Source: Batkoa obscura
Taxonomy: Eukaryota
DNA length: 64,000 bases
Assembly: GCA_030770535.1 (NCBI GenBank)
Contig: JASVEC010000001.1
Coordinates: 1,860,001 to 1,924,000, forward strand
Direction: 5' to 3'
Shown: piece by piece, positions 1 to 13,875 of the stretch
Layout of the letters: each line of letters starts with the position of its first letter
Numbering within the stretch: position 1 is the stretch's first letter
Program-made: the position numbers and the translations under genes
Notes under the pieces: generated by a model
The model's database searches: none
Told to the model about the DNA's origin: nothing
Seen by the model: only the letters and a program-made list of their open reading frames with translations

Positions 1-312
1 ATTATCATCATCTGAGAAACTAGATCCATTACTAGAATTAGTAGCGTCCTTAATAGTAATAGTAGTATACCCTTCCTCATCTAAATAGTTGTATTCCTCA
101 CCAAAGCGAGCTGTATTTTTAACATTAATATAATCATAATCATATACATCTGAAAAACTAATTCTATTACCAAAACAAGTAGCATCCTCAGCAGTAATAT
201 CTGCATAATCTCCAGAATCAAACTTAATTTTACTAAACTTTGGAGTTTCAATAATAGTAGAAATATATAAGTTTATTTTGTTTAAATTTGTAGCATGGAA
301 ATCATTATCAAT
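1..312 (-). other. Stop-free reading frame running off the window edge (exon or gene fragment, product unknown)
   Basis: Minus-strand frame reads IDNDFHATNLNKINLYISTIIETPKFSKIKFDSGDYADITAEDATCFGNRISFSDVYDYDY...DDDN with no stop for ~104 codons; in-frame TAA at ~313-315, no ATG, no motif recognised. Confidence 0.3.
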
Positions 313-334
313 TTAATTAACTTGACTATTATAT

Positions 335-432
335 GAGGATGTATTTTTTTGTTTAATAATTTTACTAACAATTTTCCACTCAAATAGCATTTAAGAAACG
401 GAAAAAGTGATGAAACCAAAAAAAACACTCCC
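335..432 (+). mobile_element. MITE family A copy (98 bp)
   Basis: GAGGATGTATTTTT...AAAAAACACTCCC termini; ATAT TSD on both sides (331-334, 433-436). Confidence 0.85.
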
Positions 433-543
433 ATATATAAGTTTTAATATAAAAATGAAGTATAATAATATTTAGATAGTCAAAATATAAACCATAAAAG
501 TAATTTTTATAATTTAAATTATTTTGTTAAACTATTTAAAACT

Positions 544-1020
544 TGTGAAAGTTGGTACTCAGTGGTTGCAGTTAAAAGTAATTTTAGCTTAATTAACTGG
601 CCGTAAGTCGAAAGGTCTTAGTTTATGTAACTAAGATAGACTTAAATTAATAGAAATACTACGTAATAAGCTACGAACTATGTAAAATAAATAGAATAGA
701 AGACATTAATGTAAAACATGCGTAAAATATTATAAGACTTAATGGCTTTATTAAAAGTACGATATCAGGAAGTAATTCAATTATAAAGCCTCGAGTTATC
801 ATGTTGAAGAATCTTTTTTATACACCAACTGAGTGGCTATATATAAGGAACATGATAACAGTTATTTCTTATTATAGTTGCCAAGCATGGTCATTAAAAC
901 ACGGACAATAAGTTCTTCACGATTAAGTGGTAGGAATTCTCACAGTAAATCTAAGTAAGGAGCTTTGGGTTGATTATTATGTTATAATTAATCATAGAGC
1001 TAATGAAGCGATATTTCACA
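544..1020. mobile_element. Solo LTR 1 (477 bp)
   Basis: TGTGAAA...TTTCACA termini; 4-bp direct repeat AACT at 540-543 and 1021-1024; homologous to 1700-2190. Confidence 0.85.
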
Positions 1021-1699
1021 AACTATTAAAAGTGTAAGTTAATTTTAAAACTTTCTTATTTAAAATAATTTATGCAAGTATTATTATTTTATTTAATATG
1101 TTTTTAATTAAAGTTATGAAATTTAATATTTAAAAAAAAGGTCAAAGTTCTTCTAATTAATTGTTTATAATAAATTAAAAAAACTTAGTTTTAATAATTG
1201 AAATAAACTTATAAATAAAAAAACAATATATAATAATTAAGCAAATTATATAAAATAAATAAATAAATTATATAAATTATTAATAAATTATATAAAAATT
1301 AATAAAAAATAACATAATTAAAAATAAGACAAATTTATTAAAACTGAATGTAATAAAATTTTAAAAAAAGCTATTATATTAAAAAGTTTATTTTATATTT
1401 TATATTAAAGTGCCTTATATAAAAATACAATAATAATTACAATTTTATATTATAATTACCAAATATAAATATCAAGTTATAAAGATAATATTTTTTGTGA
1501 TTAAAAAATAAAAATTTTTACAAGAAATTTAAACAAAAACTAAATTAATTACATTAGATTTAAAAATACATTTAATTTTAATAGTAAAATCACTTAAATT
1601 TAAATAAAATTTATTATATGAGTTATAATTAATTTAAACAATTATTATAATATAATCAATCAGGAAATTAATAAAATATTATTTTATAAAATATGGCAA

Positions 1700-2190
1700 T
1701 GTGAAAGTTGATACTTAGTGGTCGAAGTTAAAAGCTACTCTTGCTTAATTAACTTGCCTTGAGTCGAAGGGTCTTAGTTTATGTAACTAAGATAGACTTA
1801 ATAGAAATAGTACGTAATAAGCTACGAATTATGTAAACAAATACAATGGAAGATACTACTGAAAAATCTATGTAAGATGTTGTCAGAAAGACTTAGTGAC
1901 TTTATTAATGATACGTTATCAGGGAGTAATCCAATTAAAAAGCCTCGAGTTATCATGTTGAAGAATCTCTTTTATACTCCAACAAGCACGGATATCAAAA
2001 TGAGAGGATATCATTCTTTGCAATATGAAGTTAGAAATCCTCACAACAAATCAAAACAAGGAACTCTGGATTGATTATACCACATGGTTCACGGTTAAAT
2101 TGATTACAAGACTACGACTAGTTTTGTAAACAAGTTAAATGATTATTATATTATAATTAATCCGAGAGTTAAATAAAGCAATATTTCACA
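1700..2190. mobile_element. Solo LTR 2 (491 bp)
   Basis: TGTGAAA...TTTCACA termini; 4-bp direct repeat GCAA at 1696-1699 and 2191-2194; diverged copy of 544-1020. Confidence 0.85.
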
Positions 2191-4280
2191 GCAATGTTAA
2201 ATAATAACTTTTATATTCATAATAAGTTTATATTAAAACATTAAAATAATTATACTTATTTAAATAAGCTAATAATAGGTAATTTAATTTAGATATGAAA
2301 ATGAAAATTTTAAATTAAAAAATATTGATATTTTATAATAATAATAAATAATATAAAATTAAAATTAAATAAAAATTAGCTTTTTTAAAAGGCTTTTTTT
2401 CAATAAACTTATTTTATTTATTTATTTTTATTAATTATTAATTATTAACTGATTTTTATATAAAAGAATTTAAAATTATTAATAAATAAAAACAGTTATT
2501 GTTTATTAAAACTAAATTGTTTATTATTATTTTAAACCAATTAATATCTTTTAAGCAATTTAAATTTATTAATTAAAAATTTATTTTTTATTTTTTTATT
2601 TTTTTATTTTTTTTTAAACTTTTTTAAACTTTTTTAAACTTATGGTTTTTGGAAATAACAAATTAAATAAACAGGTTTTATTAAGCTTTGAGCTATGAAT
2701 AAATATCGAAAAATTATAATTAAAATTTATTCTTTAATTTATTTTATCTTATTTTATCGGTGTTTTTTTAAATGTTTTATCACTGAAGCTATATTATAAA
2801 TAATGTTAAAAATGCCAGAGACTTTTAGTTAAAACAGTAGAATTAGAATCATCACCAGCTAACCTTAACAGATGTAATATAACAATTATAGATAAAAAAT
2901 TATTACATATATAAATATAATAGCAAGTTAATAAATTTAATAAAAATTAACTAAAAATTTTCTAAAATAAAACTTGTATAGTAAAAATAAACAAAAAAAC
3001 AGTTTGAGCTATAAATTCTTTTATCTGTTTTGATAGTTGTAGTATTAAAAGGTCCCGAGTAAGATGATTCATATTTCAAATGATTCAATTCTATTTTTAA
3101 CATAGAATGCGATTAATTTAACAGAAATTAACTAAACATTATCAAAGATTTTAAATCTATAATGCTTTAAAATTTATAAGCGGAATTTTTATCGATTGCT
3201 TTTAAATTTTAGATAGTATTTAATAGTACCTTTTATATTACATTTTATTATATGATATTTTTATTGTGATATAAAATATTTTGTTTTTTATCTACATATT
3301 CTTTAATTTAATAAATTACAGAATTCTTAAATTACGCTAAATAGACTTAAAATTCTTTAATCAAAGAATAGTAATTTGTATTTTTAATAAATGCTTATAT
3401 TTTTAAATTGCACGTTAAAAACCTTAATAGCATGTAAAATTGATTTCTAATATATGAAATTTTACTTGGTTGCTATATATTTTTTTGAAATCAAATAGTT
3501 AATAAAACTGTTTTTAAAAATTTATAGTATAGAACATTTACTATTTAGTGTCCGTTTTTTTATTTTTTTTGCCTTAGTTATTCATAATTACATTTGAAAC
3601 GCTAAATAAATGAAATATTTTAATGTTAAATCTCCATTTTTTAGTTTTAATTACTCATTTTAGCTTTAAGGGAATTATTGTTAATATGTTTATACCATTA
3701 TATATTTTGGACACTAAATTTTGTTCTAACTTCTAGTTTTATAAATTTTATAGTGTGAAAAGTTAACAAATATCTTAAAATATAAATTTAATTTAAAGCT
3801 TTAATTTTTTTTAGAGAAAAGTTAGCTATAAAAATTTAAACAGCTTTGTCAACTTATTATATTTCCAAGTAGCAATTACAATATAATTAATCGTATAGCC
3901 CAGAAACAACAAAATAGGTATTAAAGTTGTGAAAGCTATAATCATGTTGTCATTTTGTAAATTTGAGAAATTAAACAAAAAAATAAGCAGGAAAAAATTA
4001 CCTAGAATTCTAGTCAGTTTTTAAATCTTATAATTTAAATTCCTTATTTTTTAATTCCTTTCCTTCACTTAATTCTGTTTTATATATTTATATAAGACTA
4101 TAATTATTTTAATTTCTTTATCTTTCCTCATAGTTTCTATTTATTTGCAAAAAGAATGCTCGAACTTTGGCTTTCATGAGCTTTAAAAAACATTGTATAA
4201 ATTCAATCAATTTTACAATTTTTTGTTTCAAAGAATGGCAAATTTAAAATGGTAAATTATCTTTTTTTTATTTTGAAATT

Positions 4281-5052
4281 ATGAATCAACAAAATTCAGC
4301 ATCAACATCAAAACCTGGCCAAACAACCTACCCGCCAAAACTAAAGAGTACAAGTTCTATCCAAGTGCATCCGAATCAACGAGGTAATCCTTTATTACAA
4401 TACATAAGAAGTTGTCCGTGGACTTGGGCAGAAATTGATATCACTAGAATATCTGACAACTTTCCTGATTATTTGGTAGGCAAGGGGCATGCACTCTTAT
4501 TTTTATCCTTAAAATATCACAAAATCCACCCAGAATACATCTACAATCGATTGAATCTAGTCAGTGGCTATAAATTAACAGTAATTTTATGTCAAATCGA
4601 CATCCCAGACCATCAAGACTTTTTAAAAGAGTTACATCAACTATCGTTTAATAGTTCAGCTACTCTGTTTCTTTGTTGGTCGTCTGAAGAAGCGGGTAGA
4701 TATATTGAGTGTTTTAAGGTTATGGAAAACAAATCACCAGATTTTATTCAATCCAAAGTTGCAATGGATCAGTTCGATAATCCTTATTTGGCGCTGATGA
4801 ACGAATCTCTGACTAAAGTTAGATCCGTTAATAAAACAGATGTATTGACGTTGGCTTCTACGTTTGATAGCTTTGGGAAATTGGCATTTGCTACAAAACA
4901 GCAGCTGTCACTGTGTCCGGGATTGGGAGATAAAAAAGTAAGTTTTAGCTTTTATTTTAATACTTAAAACTCAGTTATTCATTTAGGTAGTCCAGTTGGA
5001 AAAGGTGTTTAGTCAGCCATTTAACGTCAAAGATGAGGTTGAGCAGGAGTAG
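4281..5052 (+). CDS. RAD10: Nucleotide excision repair endonuclease subunit ERCC1/Rad10
   Basis: Motifs QRGNPLL, LFLSLKYHKIHPEYIY, WSSEEAGRYIE, SVNKTDV, LCPGLGDKKV; exons 4281-4937 and 4987-5052. Confidence 0.95.
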
Positions 5053-5222
5053 TAGTATTTATTTTGAAATTGAATAAATAAAATTTTGTTTATTGAAGTT
5101 AATTTTAATAATAATTGTTTTTACGTTTACTGGAATATGTGCATTCTTTACAATCATAAAAACTAAAATTTATGAGATTTAATTTGAAACTTTTTTTCAA
5201 GGTTTAAAAGATTGAATAAATA

Positions 5223-6327
5223 ATGACGATAACTGAAGGTATGGATAGTAACTATAAACATATAAATAATAAATTAAAATAAATAGAACTTGATTCCAAA
5301 ATATTAAAAGAAATTGAAGATGCTGCAGCCACAGGAGAAATAAAGTATCATTAAATTTAAAGTTTAATTTATTTTAAAAATAAACCAATTTAAAAGAGTG
5401 CCATGGGTCGAATTCAAAAGATACCTTAAATTGAAACTAGAACAAGTAAGTAAAACCATCACCTGAGAGAGCAATTCTTTAACAATCATTAGAACTATAA
5501 AATCTATCTAGAAGATGAAAAAGAATCAGAATCCAGTATTGAAATACAGGATTTGTATTCAAAAGCAAATAGTTTGATTGAGCATATGCTTGGGTAATCT
5601 TGGATTTCAAATTGAATTTTACAAATCAGTTAATTAAATAAACAGTCGCCCTTTTACTTTCCAAAGGATATGTGAGATATTATTGGAACCAAAACCTATT
5701 TATCCTACGTTGTTTAGATATTTGAATGCAATTGTTAAGGTAAAAATAAATGAAAATAATTACATCTTAAATCTAATTAGAACTTTTTTAGTTGTGCATG
5801 GTAGTCACTTATGATGAAGAGCATAATGAGGAACTTATAGATCAAGATGAAATCAATATAAGCGTGGTTGATTTTGATAACTGTGGTATAAAATCAGAAA
5901 TCACTGTGGAGTTACCACCAACAAAGAGGAGGTTGGAGTTGGAAGAAGATTCAAAAAACAACGAAGATAGTAGTAGAGAAGAGAAAGAAGAAAGTAAATT
6001 AAAAAGGTTTCATAAGTTATATATTAATGCTTTTTTTGTGTAGATAAAATCGAGATGGAGGCTGATAATGATAAAAAAGAAGAAAATGAGAGTAAGAAAA
6101 TTAAATTAGAAGGTAAAGATGAAGAAAACGAAAATGGAGAACAAAAAAAAGAAAAAACAGAGACTGAACAAGAAGAAAACAAGCAAGAAGTCGAAGATTC
6201 GACTTTTGGGGATCTAAATGATGAACCTATTTTTAGAGATAAAGTCGAGGATGCTTTTATTTTGGAAACAGATGTTAGGGTGCCAACTGAAGAAAAGAAA
6301 GTGGAAGAGGAGGATAAAAACGAATAA
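5223..6327 (+). CDS. PPP4R2: Protein phosphatase 4 regulatory subunit 2 (PPP4R2/Psy4 family), multi-exon
   Basis: Spliced reading gives RPFTFQRICEILLEPKPIYPTLFRYLNAIVK (PPP4R2 core motif) followed by an acidic tail. Confidence 0.8.
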
Positions 6328-6502
6328 GTCAGGCGAGGAATCAAATTTAGTATTATTATTTTAAAAAATAAATGAATTATTTTATTACTAAATGAAACTT
6401 TTTTACTTGCCTCGTATAGTTTTTATTTTAGTTATTAAGATGGTAACTAATAGTTATGTAACATTTAAACAATTTAATATTTTATTAAAAAATGGAATAA
6501 AT

Positions 6503-9500
6503 TTATTGAGCAAAACGGACTTGTCTTTCCTCATCTTCCTCATTATTTTTGTGGCGATACCCCTTTAAAAATCGAGTAAGCTTTAATTTGAACTTTCTGA
6601 AATCTCCGTAGTGTACTTTCCTAAAATTAAATTAAATATTAACATTAAGAAACTTATAAATTTAAAATAATTACTCTGAAGCTTGATCAAGCAAGCCACG
6701 TAAAGCAGGAGAGGGTATAGAAGGATCTTTTGGTAGGGCAAAGGGGGAATCTTTAACGTTGAGGAAAGCAAGTTGGAGCCAATGAACAATTTTTTCACGA
6801 TTAAGTTCAGCTAAAAGTCCGATAATTTCACATGCATCATGTAGCTCATAAACCGAATAATACTCAATAGAATTAAGTACCAAACGTCCGATAATGGCTT
6901 GGCCATAATTACTAGTCAATGCGACAATTTTTTGACAATGTTCATCATTTTTTTTATGATTGACTTCAGCCAATAAAGTATTAAGAATTAATATAAATGA
7001 CTCAAACGTAGCTCCTAAACCATGAGATTCATGCATATCTAAAGTGGCGTAATAAAATTCAAATAAAGTTTCAAAGATCGGTAATGAGAACACCTCACTT
7101 TTACTCCTTTTTACAATACTACTGAGTAGATAGCAGAAGTCCTCAATAACTAAAATATAATTTATTAAAATAAATGGATTTAATTTGATACTAGAAAAAC
7201 TTACTTTGTGGTACTCTATCGACATGATAAGCTCTAGAAACGATCCCAAACGTAAGTTCCGAAGTTCTTTTTACTAAATCGAATGCTTCATGCTTATTTG
7301 TTTTAAAGTAAGCAACAAATATTTTGCGCACAACCCAAATATAAACTGCAGATTCTGAATATTTAAAGCTTTCGACAATTGCATTCGAAAAACTGGACAA
7401 ATAAGGTAAATTATGTGGGGCAAGTGACTCGATGATTTTAACAAAGACAGAAGCTAGCACTTCCGAAATGCTTGGATGAGCGTGATACTTTTCCAACAAA
7501 TGCTCTAATAAATTCCACATTTGATGGATATATGTTAATGCTGGGTGTTCATTGTTATTAAATGGCACAAGTCCATTTGCTATTATTTTACAAAGTCTAT
7601 CAAGATAAACTAATTTCCATATTAATATTTTTTTTGTAAAATTATATATATATAAACTTACAATTAAGTTCTTCCATATTGGAACTAAGCTGTGCTTCAT
7701 TCGATATATATGTTTGGAGTTTAGCTAAAATTGGATCGATGATACTAGTAAATGCTTCTGCATAATTTTCTTGTGGTATGTGCTTTAATACAAATCCAAT
7801 CGCCCCAGTTAACTCTAGCAAATCATATTTCTCAAGTGTACCTTCATATTGCTTATATAATTCTACTAAAGCTGAAAGATGTTGAGTCATATCCTAAAAA
7901 ATAGTTAATTATATTTTAAAGCAAAATCATTTTAACAACTTACCTTCCCACAAAATTGTCCCAAGTAACATATAGAAAGAGCGGCAGCAGGTGCTATTTC
8001 TTTATCAGAAAGACCTTCGGAACAGTAAGTTAAGAGGAAAGGAAGAAGATTTGGATGTAAAGCAATCCATTCAGCATAATTTGAAATGATAAGAGTGGCA
8101 GTTCTTCTAAGTTTAGGATGGGGAGGTAAATTTGGGAGAACGTTTATTACATCAAGGACTATTTTATCTCTTCGACTAATTTCAGATCCTAAGGATCTCA
8201 ATGCAAATAGTACTGCTTCTATCTCTTGCCAATGTTCATAAATTTTATCAACTGGATACTGTAGTTGTTGAGTAAGTATTGTGTAAGGGGCTGAAAGGGC
8301 TCTATCTACACCCAAAACTGTTGCACAATCCTTCAAGATGTAACCGATTTCATGTCGAAAGTCTTTAAATTGATCCATTTCTTCTAATGACCAATCTGAA
8401 TCATTTCTTGGCAATTGAAGTCTACTAATAATCGCACTTAAAGTAGCTTCAAAAAAAGGAATAAATAATTCTCTCTTTTCCATATACTTATCATCATTTA
8501 AAGCTTGAGAAAACGAATAATAGAAACCAAACGTAGTTGAAAGTGAATTGATAGGGCACTTCTTAATACATTCTACTATACCTTCTAAAAGATGTTGAAA
8601 AAGTTCTGGAAATTTAACAATTATTTCTAAATACGCTTCACCAGCTTCTGAAAAGATCCTTACTAAACCTTGTAAAATGTCTTCTGGGAGTTCGTGTTGT
8701 TTGACATAATTTAGTAATTCACTTATCTTATTATTTATCTCTCGAATTACAACTTTAGAAGAGTCTACATCTCTGGTTTCATAAACTATGCTACAAATAA
8801 CTTCACATGAGATATCAAATAGTTGAGGTTTGGTAATTAAACAATTAAATATTAAATCAAGTAAGTAACTATTTTCTAGGTCATTGATTGCGATATCTCC
8901 GGATTTGAGCCAACTTTGTAAGCAGTCGAATACTTTTTGATAAACTCGATCATTTTTATTTTCTAAAAAAGTAAATTTTAAATTAAACTATAGGTTACAA
9001 GCTAATTACCTTCCGACTCTATGATTTTTAATAAAATATCTAATACAACTTTACTATTATCTGCCAGTAACTTATCACTTTGATCTCTAAACTCGTAATC
9101 CTAAAGCAGTCTTAATGGATAAGCACTTAAATTCTTCAATCTACCTATACTTACACTTAAAGTCTTAAACCCATAAATTGAATTAATTTCCTGAGGCAAC
9201 ACCGTTAAAAATAGAAGAAGGGATCTCAAATTGGCCATATTGTTTGACCATAATTGAATTAACCCTGGCACTACGTTTTGCCACTCTTTTAATTGAATAG
9301 CAAGTAAAGCAAGTGATAAACATAATTGAGTTAATAAGTGATCTGGCGCTTGCTGATGCGCTTCTATAATTTCTATTAAGGAGTCTCTGAGCGATTTGAC
9401 AGAGTTTGAATCAAGGTCAAGTAAGTCATTTTTTATCTAATGGATATAAATGTTCAATTTATTAAAAAAAAAATAAGATTGAATGAAGATTAAGTTAAGT

Positions 9501-9784
9501 TAAATAATAAACAAGTATAATGAATTACTTTTGACTTAAGAGTTTGAGCCATAAAAATTTTAACTTCCAAACCTTGATTTGGGTCTCTTAATAGATAGTC
9601 AGCTATCTGCCAAGCTTCCAACTAAATCAATATTAGTAAAAAGTCAATAAGATGAAGAAATAATTACTCTCTGTTGAAATTGTAATAAAAAAGTATTAGC
9701 TTCTGATTTCAATTCGCTTTGTTGACGTGGATCATATAATACTTTTAGCGCATTGATCGTCTGATCTTTAAGTGAAAGTTCCAT
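6503..9784 (-). CDS. MTR10: Importin-beta family nuclear import receptor Mtr10/transportin-3, multi-exon
   Basis: N-terminus ALKVLY...ANTFLLQFQ..EAWQIAD..FMAQTLKSK; LLFLTVLPQE; FKDFRHEIGYILKDC; WQEIEAVLFALRSLG; YAEWIALHP; last exon ends ...VRFAQ*. Confidence 0.9.
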
Positions 9785-10362
9785 GGTAAAAACTAGTTTT
9801 CTTTTTTTCAAAGTTTTTTTCTTTATTTTTATTATTTTTCGAACATTGAATTTTTATGCTTTTTTTGGGTTTAATTTAAATAGAAAATTATCATTATTAG
9901 TATAAATGTTAAATGTAATATAGCAGTAACAATTGAAATGTAACAAACTTAAATACAAAAAAGTATTAATAAAAATATTACTTATAATAATAATCACCAA
10001 AAGGTGTGCTTTTATATTCTGAAATACTAATTAATGTTATTTTATTTTCCGTACAAATTAACCTGAAAGTCTAACATAGATAAGATACCACAATACTATT
10101 GTAAAAATTATATTATGTCACTTTATTTTAAATCAAGATAATTAACAATATTTAAACTAACAATAGTTAACAACTAATAACTTCATCTTAATCTAAAGGT
10201 TACAAACCCACCAAGTGGAACTACTAAATAAGTCCAAAGAATAAGTGTTCAACTTTCAACAAAACAATCAATTGGCTCAACGACAAAAACAGACACCAAA
10301 AAAAACTCAATTTTTAATTCAAAACCATCCAACTTTTATCTTATTTTTAAATATTACAAAAA

Positions 10363-11236
10363 ATGAAGTTTCACTTATTATTTAGTCTAATCCTAATCCT
10401 CTGTTTGGGTCTTATATCTTCAACTTCAACCGATAAAAATAGTGATAATATAGAAACAACTAAAGATTACAACTTTTCCTCGGTCATTGAGTTAACTGAT
10501 AGTACTTTTTATGAAGCTATAAATAGTAACTCAGAATGGTTGATTGCTTTGTAAGTATATAGATATAAATTATAAAAGAAAGTATTTAAAAATATAAAAA
10601 ATAGTACAGCCAGTTGGTGTAAAGCATGCAATAATTTGAAACCAGAATATGAGCGTTTAGCTACTTTAGTAAACAATAAGTTGCCAAAAGTAAAGATTGG
10701 ACGTATTGATGTTGATACTAACCCAGCTATCGTTAACCAATTTGTTATACTTCGATTACCCACTATTTATCATATAAAAGGAAACGAAGGTGGGTTTGAA
10801 ATAGATATGATATTGATTTGTATTAATTTTTATTTTAGTGAGAGCAGTAGAGATCAATAGAGATTTTGAAAGTTTAAAAAAGTTTTTAATTTATAACGAA
10901 TGGAAAGAAATTCAACCCTTTTCAGGTTTATTAGCTCCGTTTTCAATTATGTAAATTTATTATATGTTTATTGATTATAATTTTTATTTTATTTAAGTCC
11001 TATTGCTACTTATACTGTCATCTTCTATTTCAATCAGTTGGTTCGATATGCTAAAACATTGCCGTAAGTTTTAATTTTGCTTTTTTTGGTAAGTTTTAAA
11101 TAATTTTATTAGCACTTGGGCTGTTTCTTTCATTCCAGTTATGTTAATTGGGTTTGCTCTCTATCATATCTCGAAATCCACTCCAGATACAACCCCACAA
11201 CCTCAACGTCCTACTACAACTAAAAAGAATAAGTAA
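10363..11236 (+). CDS. Thioredoxin-related transmembrane protein (TMX1-like), multi-exon
   Basis: Signal peptide, VIELTDSTF, WCKAC active site, IGRIDVDTNP...ILRLPTIYHIK, C-terminal hydrophobic segment. Confidence 0.8.
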
Positions 11237-11528
11237 GGTGAATAAGTAAAGTGAATAAATTTTAGGATTACAATAAAGTTAATTAAAAAATTTATTCATA
11301 TAGATCTTATTTTTTATTTTATTATTATTGTTTCAAAATTAAACTCAAGTTTATTATGTTTATTATAAATTAATTGCTGCAAATTTAAGACTGCAATATT
11401 CCATAGCTGCAAAAAATGGCCTTGGATTGCTTACCAAATCTTAGCATCCCATTGAAAAACAAAAAACCAACTATTTTTACTTCATCAACTTGATTTTTAA
11501 CTTTTAAAAGAAATTTGAATTAAAAAAG

Positions 11529-11999
11529 ATGGCCAGTAAAGCAAAAAAGGGAAAAGGGGAGATGAGCGAAGAAGAATTAAAAGCAATTGAAGAAGAAGAA
11601 TTTAATACTGGACCATTATCGGTATTAAAACTAGCCGTCAAAAATCACAACTTAGTTGCCATTAACTGCCGTAATAACCGTAAACTTTTGGGCAAAGTTA
11701 AGGCCTTTGATAGACATTGTAACTTGATTTTGGAAAATGTTAGGGAGGTAAGGGTTTTAGTATTATTTTTTAGAAAAAATAGATTAATGTTAATGTTTTT
11801 TCTTTTAGATGTGGACAGAACAACCTAAAACTGGAAAGGGGATGAAAAAAGCCAAACCAATTTCCAGAGATAGATTTATTTCAAAATTGTTTTTGAGAGG
11901 CGATTCTATTATAATTGGTAAGCTTTTTTATCTATTGACTTAGTATTTTGGCTAATATAAACATTATTTTTAGTTGCTCGAATTCAAGGAGACAGTTAA
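11529..11999 (+). CDS. SMD2: Sm protein D2
   Basis: [13 protein letters not shown]...[32 protein letters not shown]...[15 protein letters not shown]; three exons. Confidence 0.97.
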
Positions 12000-12262
12000 A
12001 TTAAATAAATGGTTTTTAAATGGAAAAATTGCTTGAATTAAATGTTATTAGCTATATTTATATGTAATTTTATTTATTTTATTTTGTGATTTATTCTAAG
12101 GCTATAGTTGTGTCAACTAAATAGAGTGTAATAGGCTTATATATGTAAGTTTAGTTAAATTCTGTTTATTTTAACGTAATGTAATTTTAAAATTTAAAAA
12201 ATGATATCACAAAATAAGAAAAATTAATGTTAACAATATAATAATTAAAATAGATAATTTTT

Positions 12263-13697
12263 TTATTCCATATCATGATAATTTCTCAAAAAGCATAATA
12301 CATTAAATATTAAAACCTTAATATCTACTTCAGTTCTAGAATCTAAACTAGCAACCATTTTTTTTAAATGCTCGTTCACTCCACTACCTATAACATAAGA
12401 TTCTAGATCATCTTCATCAACTGGATCCCCTTTAAATACCTAATTATAATAACAAACCTATTTAAAGTACTATTCTTTTATAATTATAATACTTACCTCC
12501 AACTCATCTACAATGTATTCATTATCGTTCCAAATTAAATGAATAAACAGTGTAGGATAGACATCTTCCATACTGTATTTAACTTTTAGAGTAGAATCAT
12601 CAATTAATTTAACATAGGTAACCTCATTGATTTTTGAAATACAATTTTTAGCATAATCATAATGATCTATCAAAGCTTTCATTTTGGCTATATTTTCTTC
12701 CTTATTTTCGTAAAGTCTAACATTAATCTCTTTTTTTAATTGAATCACTTTGTTTCTCTTCACTTCAACTTCTTTTCTTAATGTTCCTTCCTCTTGCTGA
12801 TTCAAATCATCTATCACCCTTTGTTTAGCTTCTTCGTAATCGATACCCTTTGTATTTGTTTAGTCGTTAATTAGTTAATTTAGTAAATTTCATTACTTCA
12901 TGTTTTGCTAGTTCCATACTCATTTCATGGATCTCCATCTAGTTTATAGGATATTATTAAGCGCTTTGTATCATTAATGATATACTTACTTGACACTGTT
13001 TTTCGATCCTTTCAATTTTTTCTACTTCTTTTTTCTAACTATTACTTATAATTTTAATTCAAATACTATTATTATTACCATATAAATCATATTGGATAAG
13101 AATTTTCGACACTTATTAACAATTTTAGATGTTTTGCGATACTCTAAAATAATTTTTATTATAACTATTATAAGTAATAAAACAATGATTACTTTTATAA
13201 TATAATTTACATTGCTCTTCATAAAGTTCGATCACTTTTTTTAACTCTTCTTTCTTTTTATCAATTTTATTTTCTAATATCAATAGTTTTACATCTAAAA
13301 CTCAATTGTTATTTTATATTTGACTGTAAACTAATAACTATACTTACCTTTGTTTTTAATATCTTTAACATTTAAAAAGCTGTTGTTTAATAGATTTTTA
13401 TATAACTCATTTTTAGCATAAATATCAATAAATAGTTGAGGTAATCCAGAATAAAACAATTGCTTTTTCAGAAAGATTTAATGTTATTGTTATAGTTTTA
13501 TTTAATAATTTATTTACTTTTATTCCTCGTAGCTCTTTAGTTAAATCTACCACCTCTTCATCTTCTTTGATTTTAAGTACATCATATTTCTCCAGTTTTT
13601 GTTTAATACTAAGTTAATGTTAGTATGACATGTCATATACAGCGAATCTAATTTACTTTCTTAATTCCTTCTTTTTTAACTCCAAATCCATATCCAT
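12263..13697 (-). CDS. Hypothetical multi-exon coiled-coil protein
   Basis: Chain of short exons with GT-AG introns from MDMDLELKKKELR to ...NYHDME*; no family recognised. Confidence 0.6.
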
Positions 13698-13875
13698 TTT
13701 CAAACTTGTATAAATAATATAAAAACCATTTCTATACAATTTGAATTGTAAATTTATAAATTGCTCACTAACCAATGAAATTAAACTTTAATAATGCATC
13801 ATAAAATAGATAAAAAGATCATTTTATTTATAATAAAAGAGTAGCCTATAAAAGCTTTTAAACATCCTCCTCTAT

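Noticed and set aside
1877..2074. 65-aa ORF
   Set aside because: Lies inside solo LTR 2; the frame is not preserved in LTR 1
544..2190. One TRIM or full LTR element with two LTRs
   Set aside because: Each repeat has its own TSD, the outer flanks (AACT vs GCAA) do not match, and the spacer is AT-rich with no coding remnant
5345..5396. PPP4R2 intron with a GTATCATT donor as a U12 intron
   Set aside because: Mismatch in the CC core and no U12-type branch site
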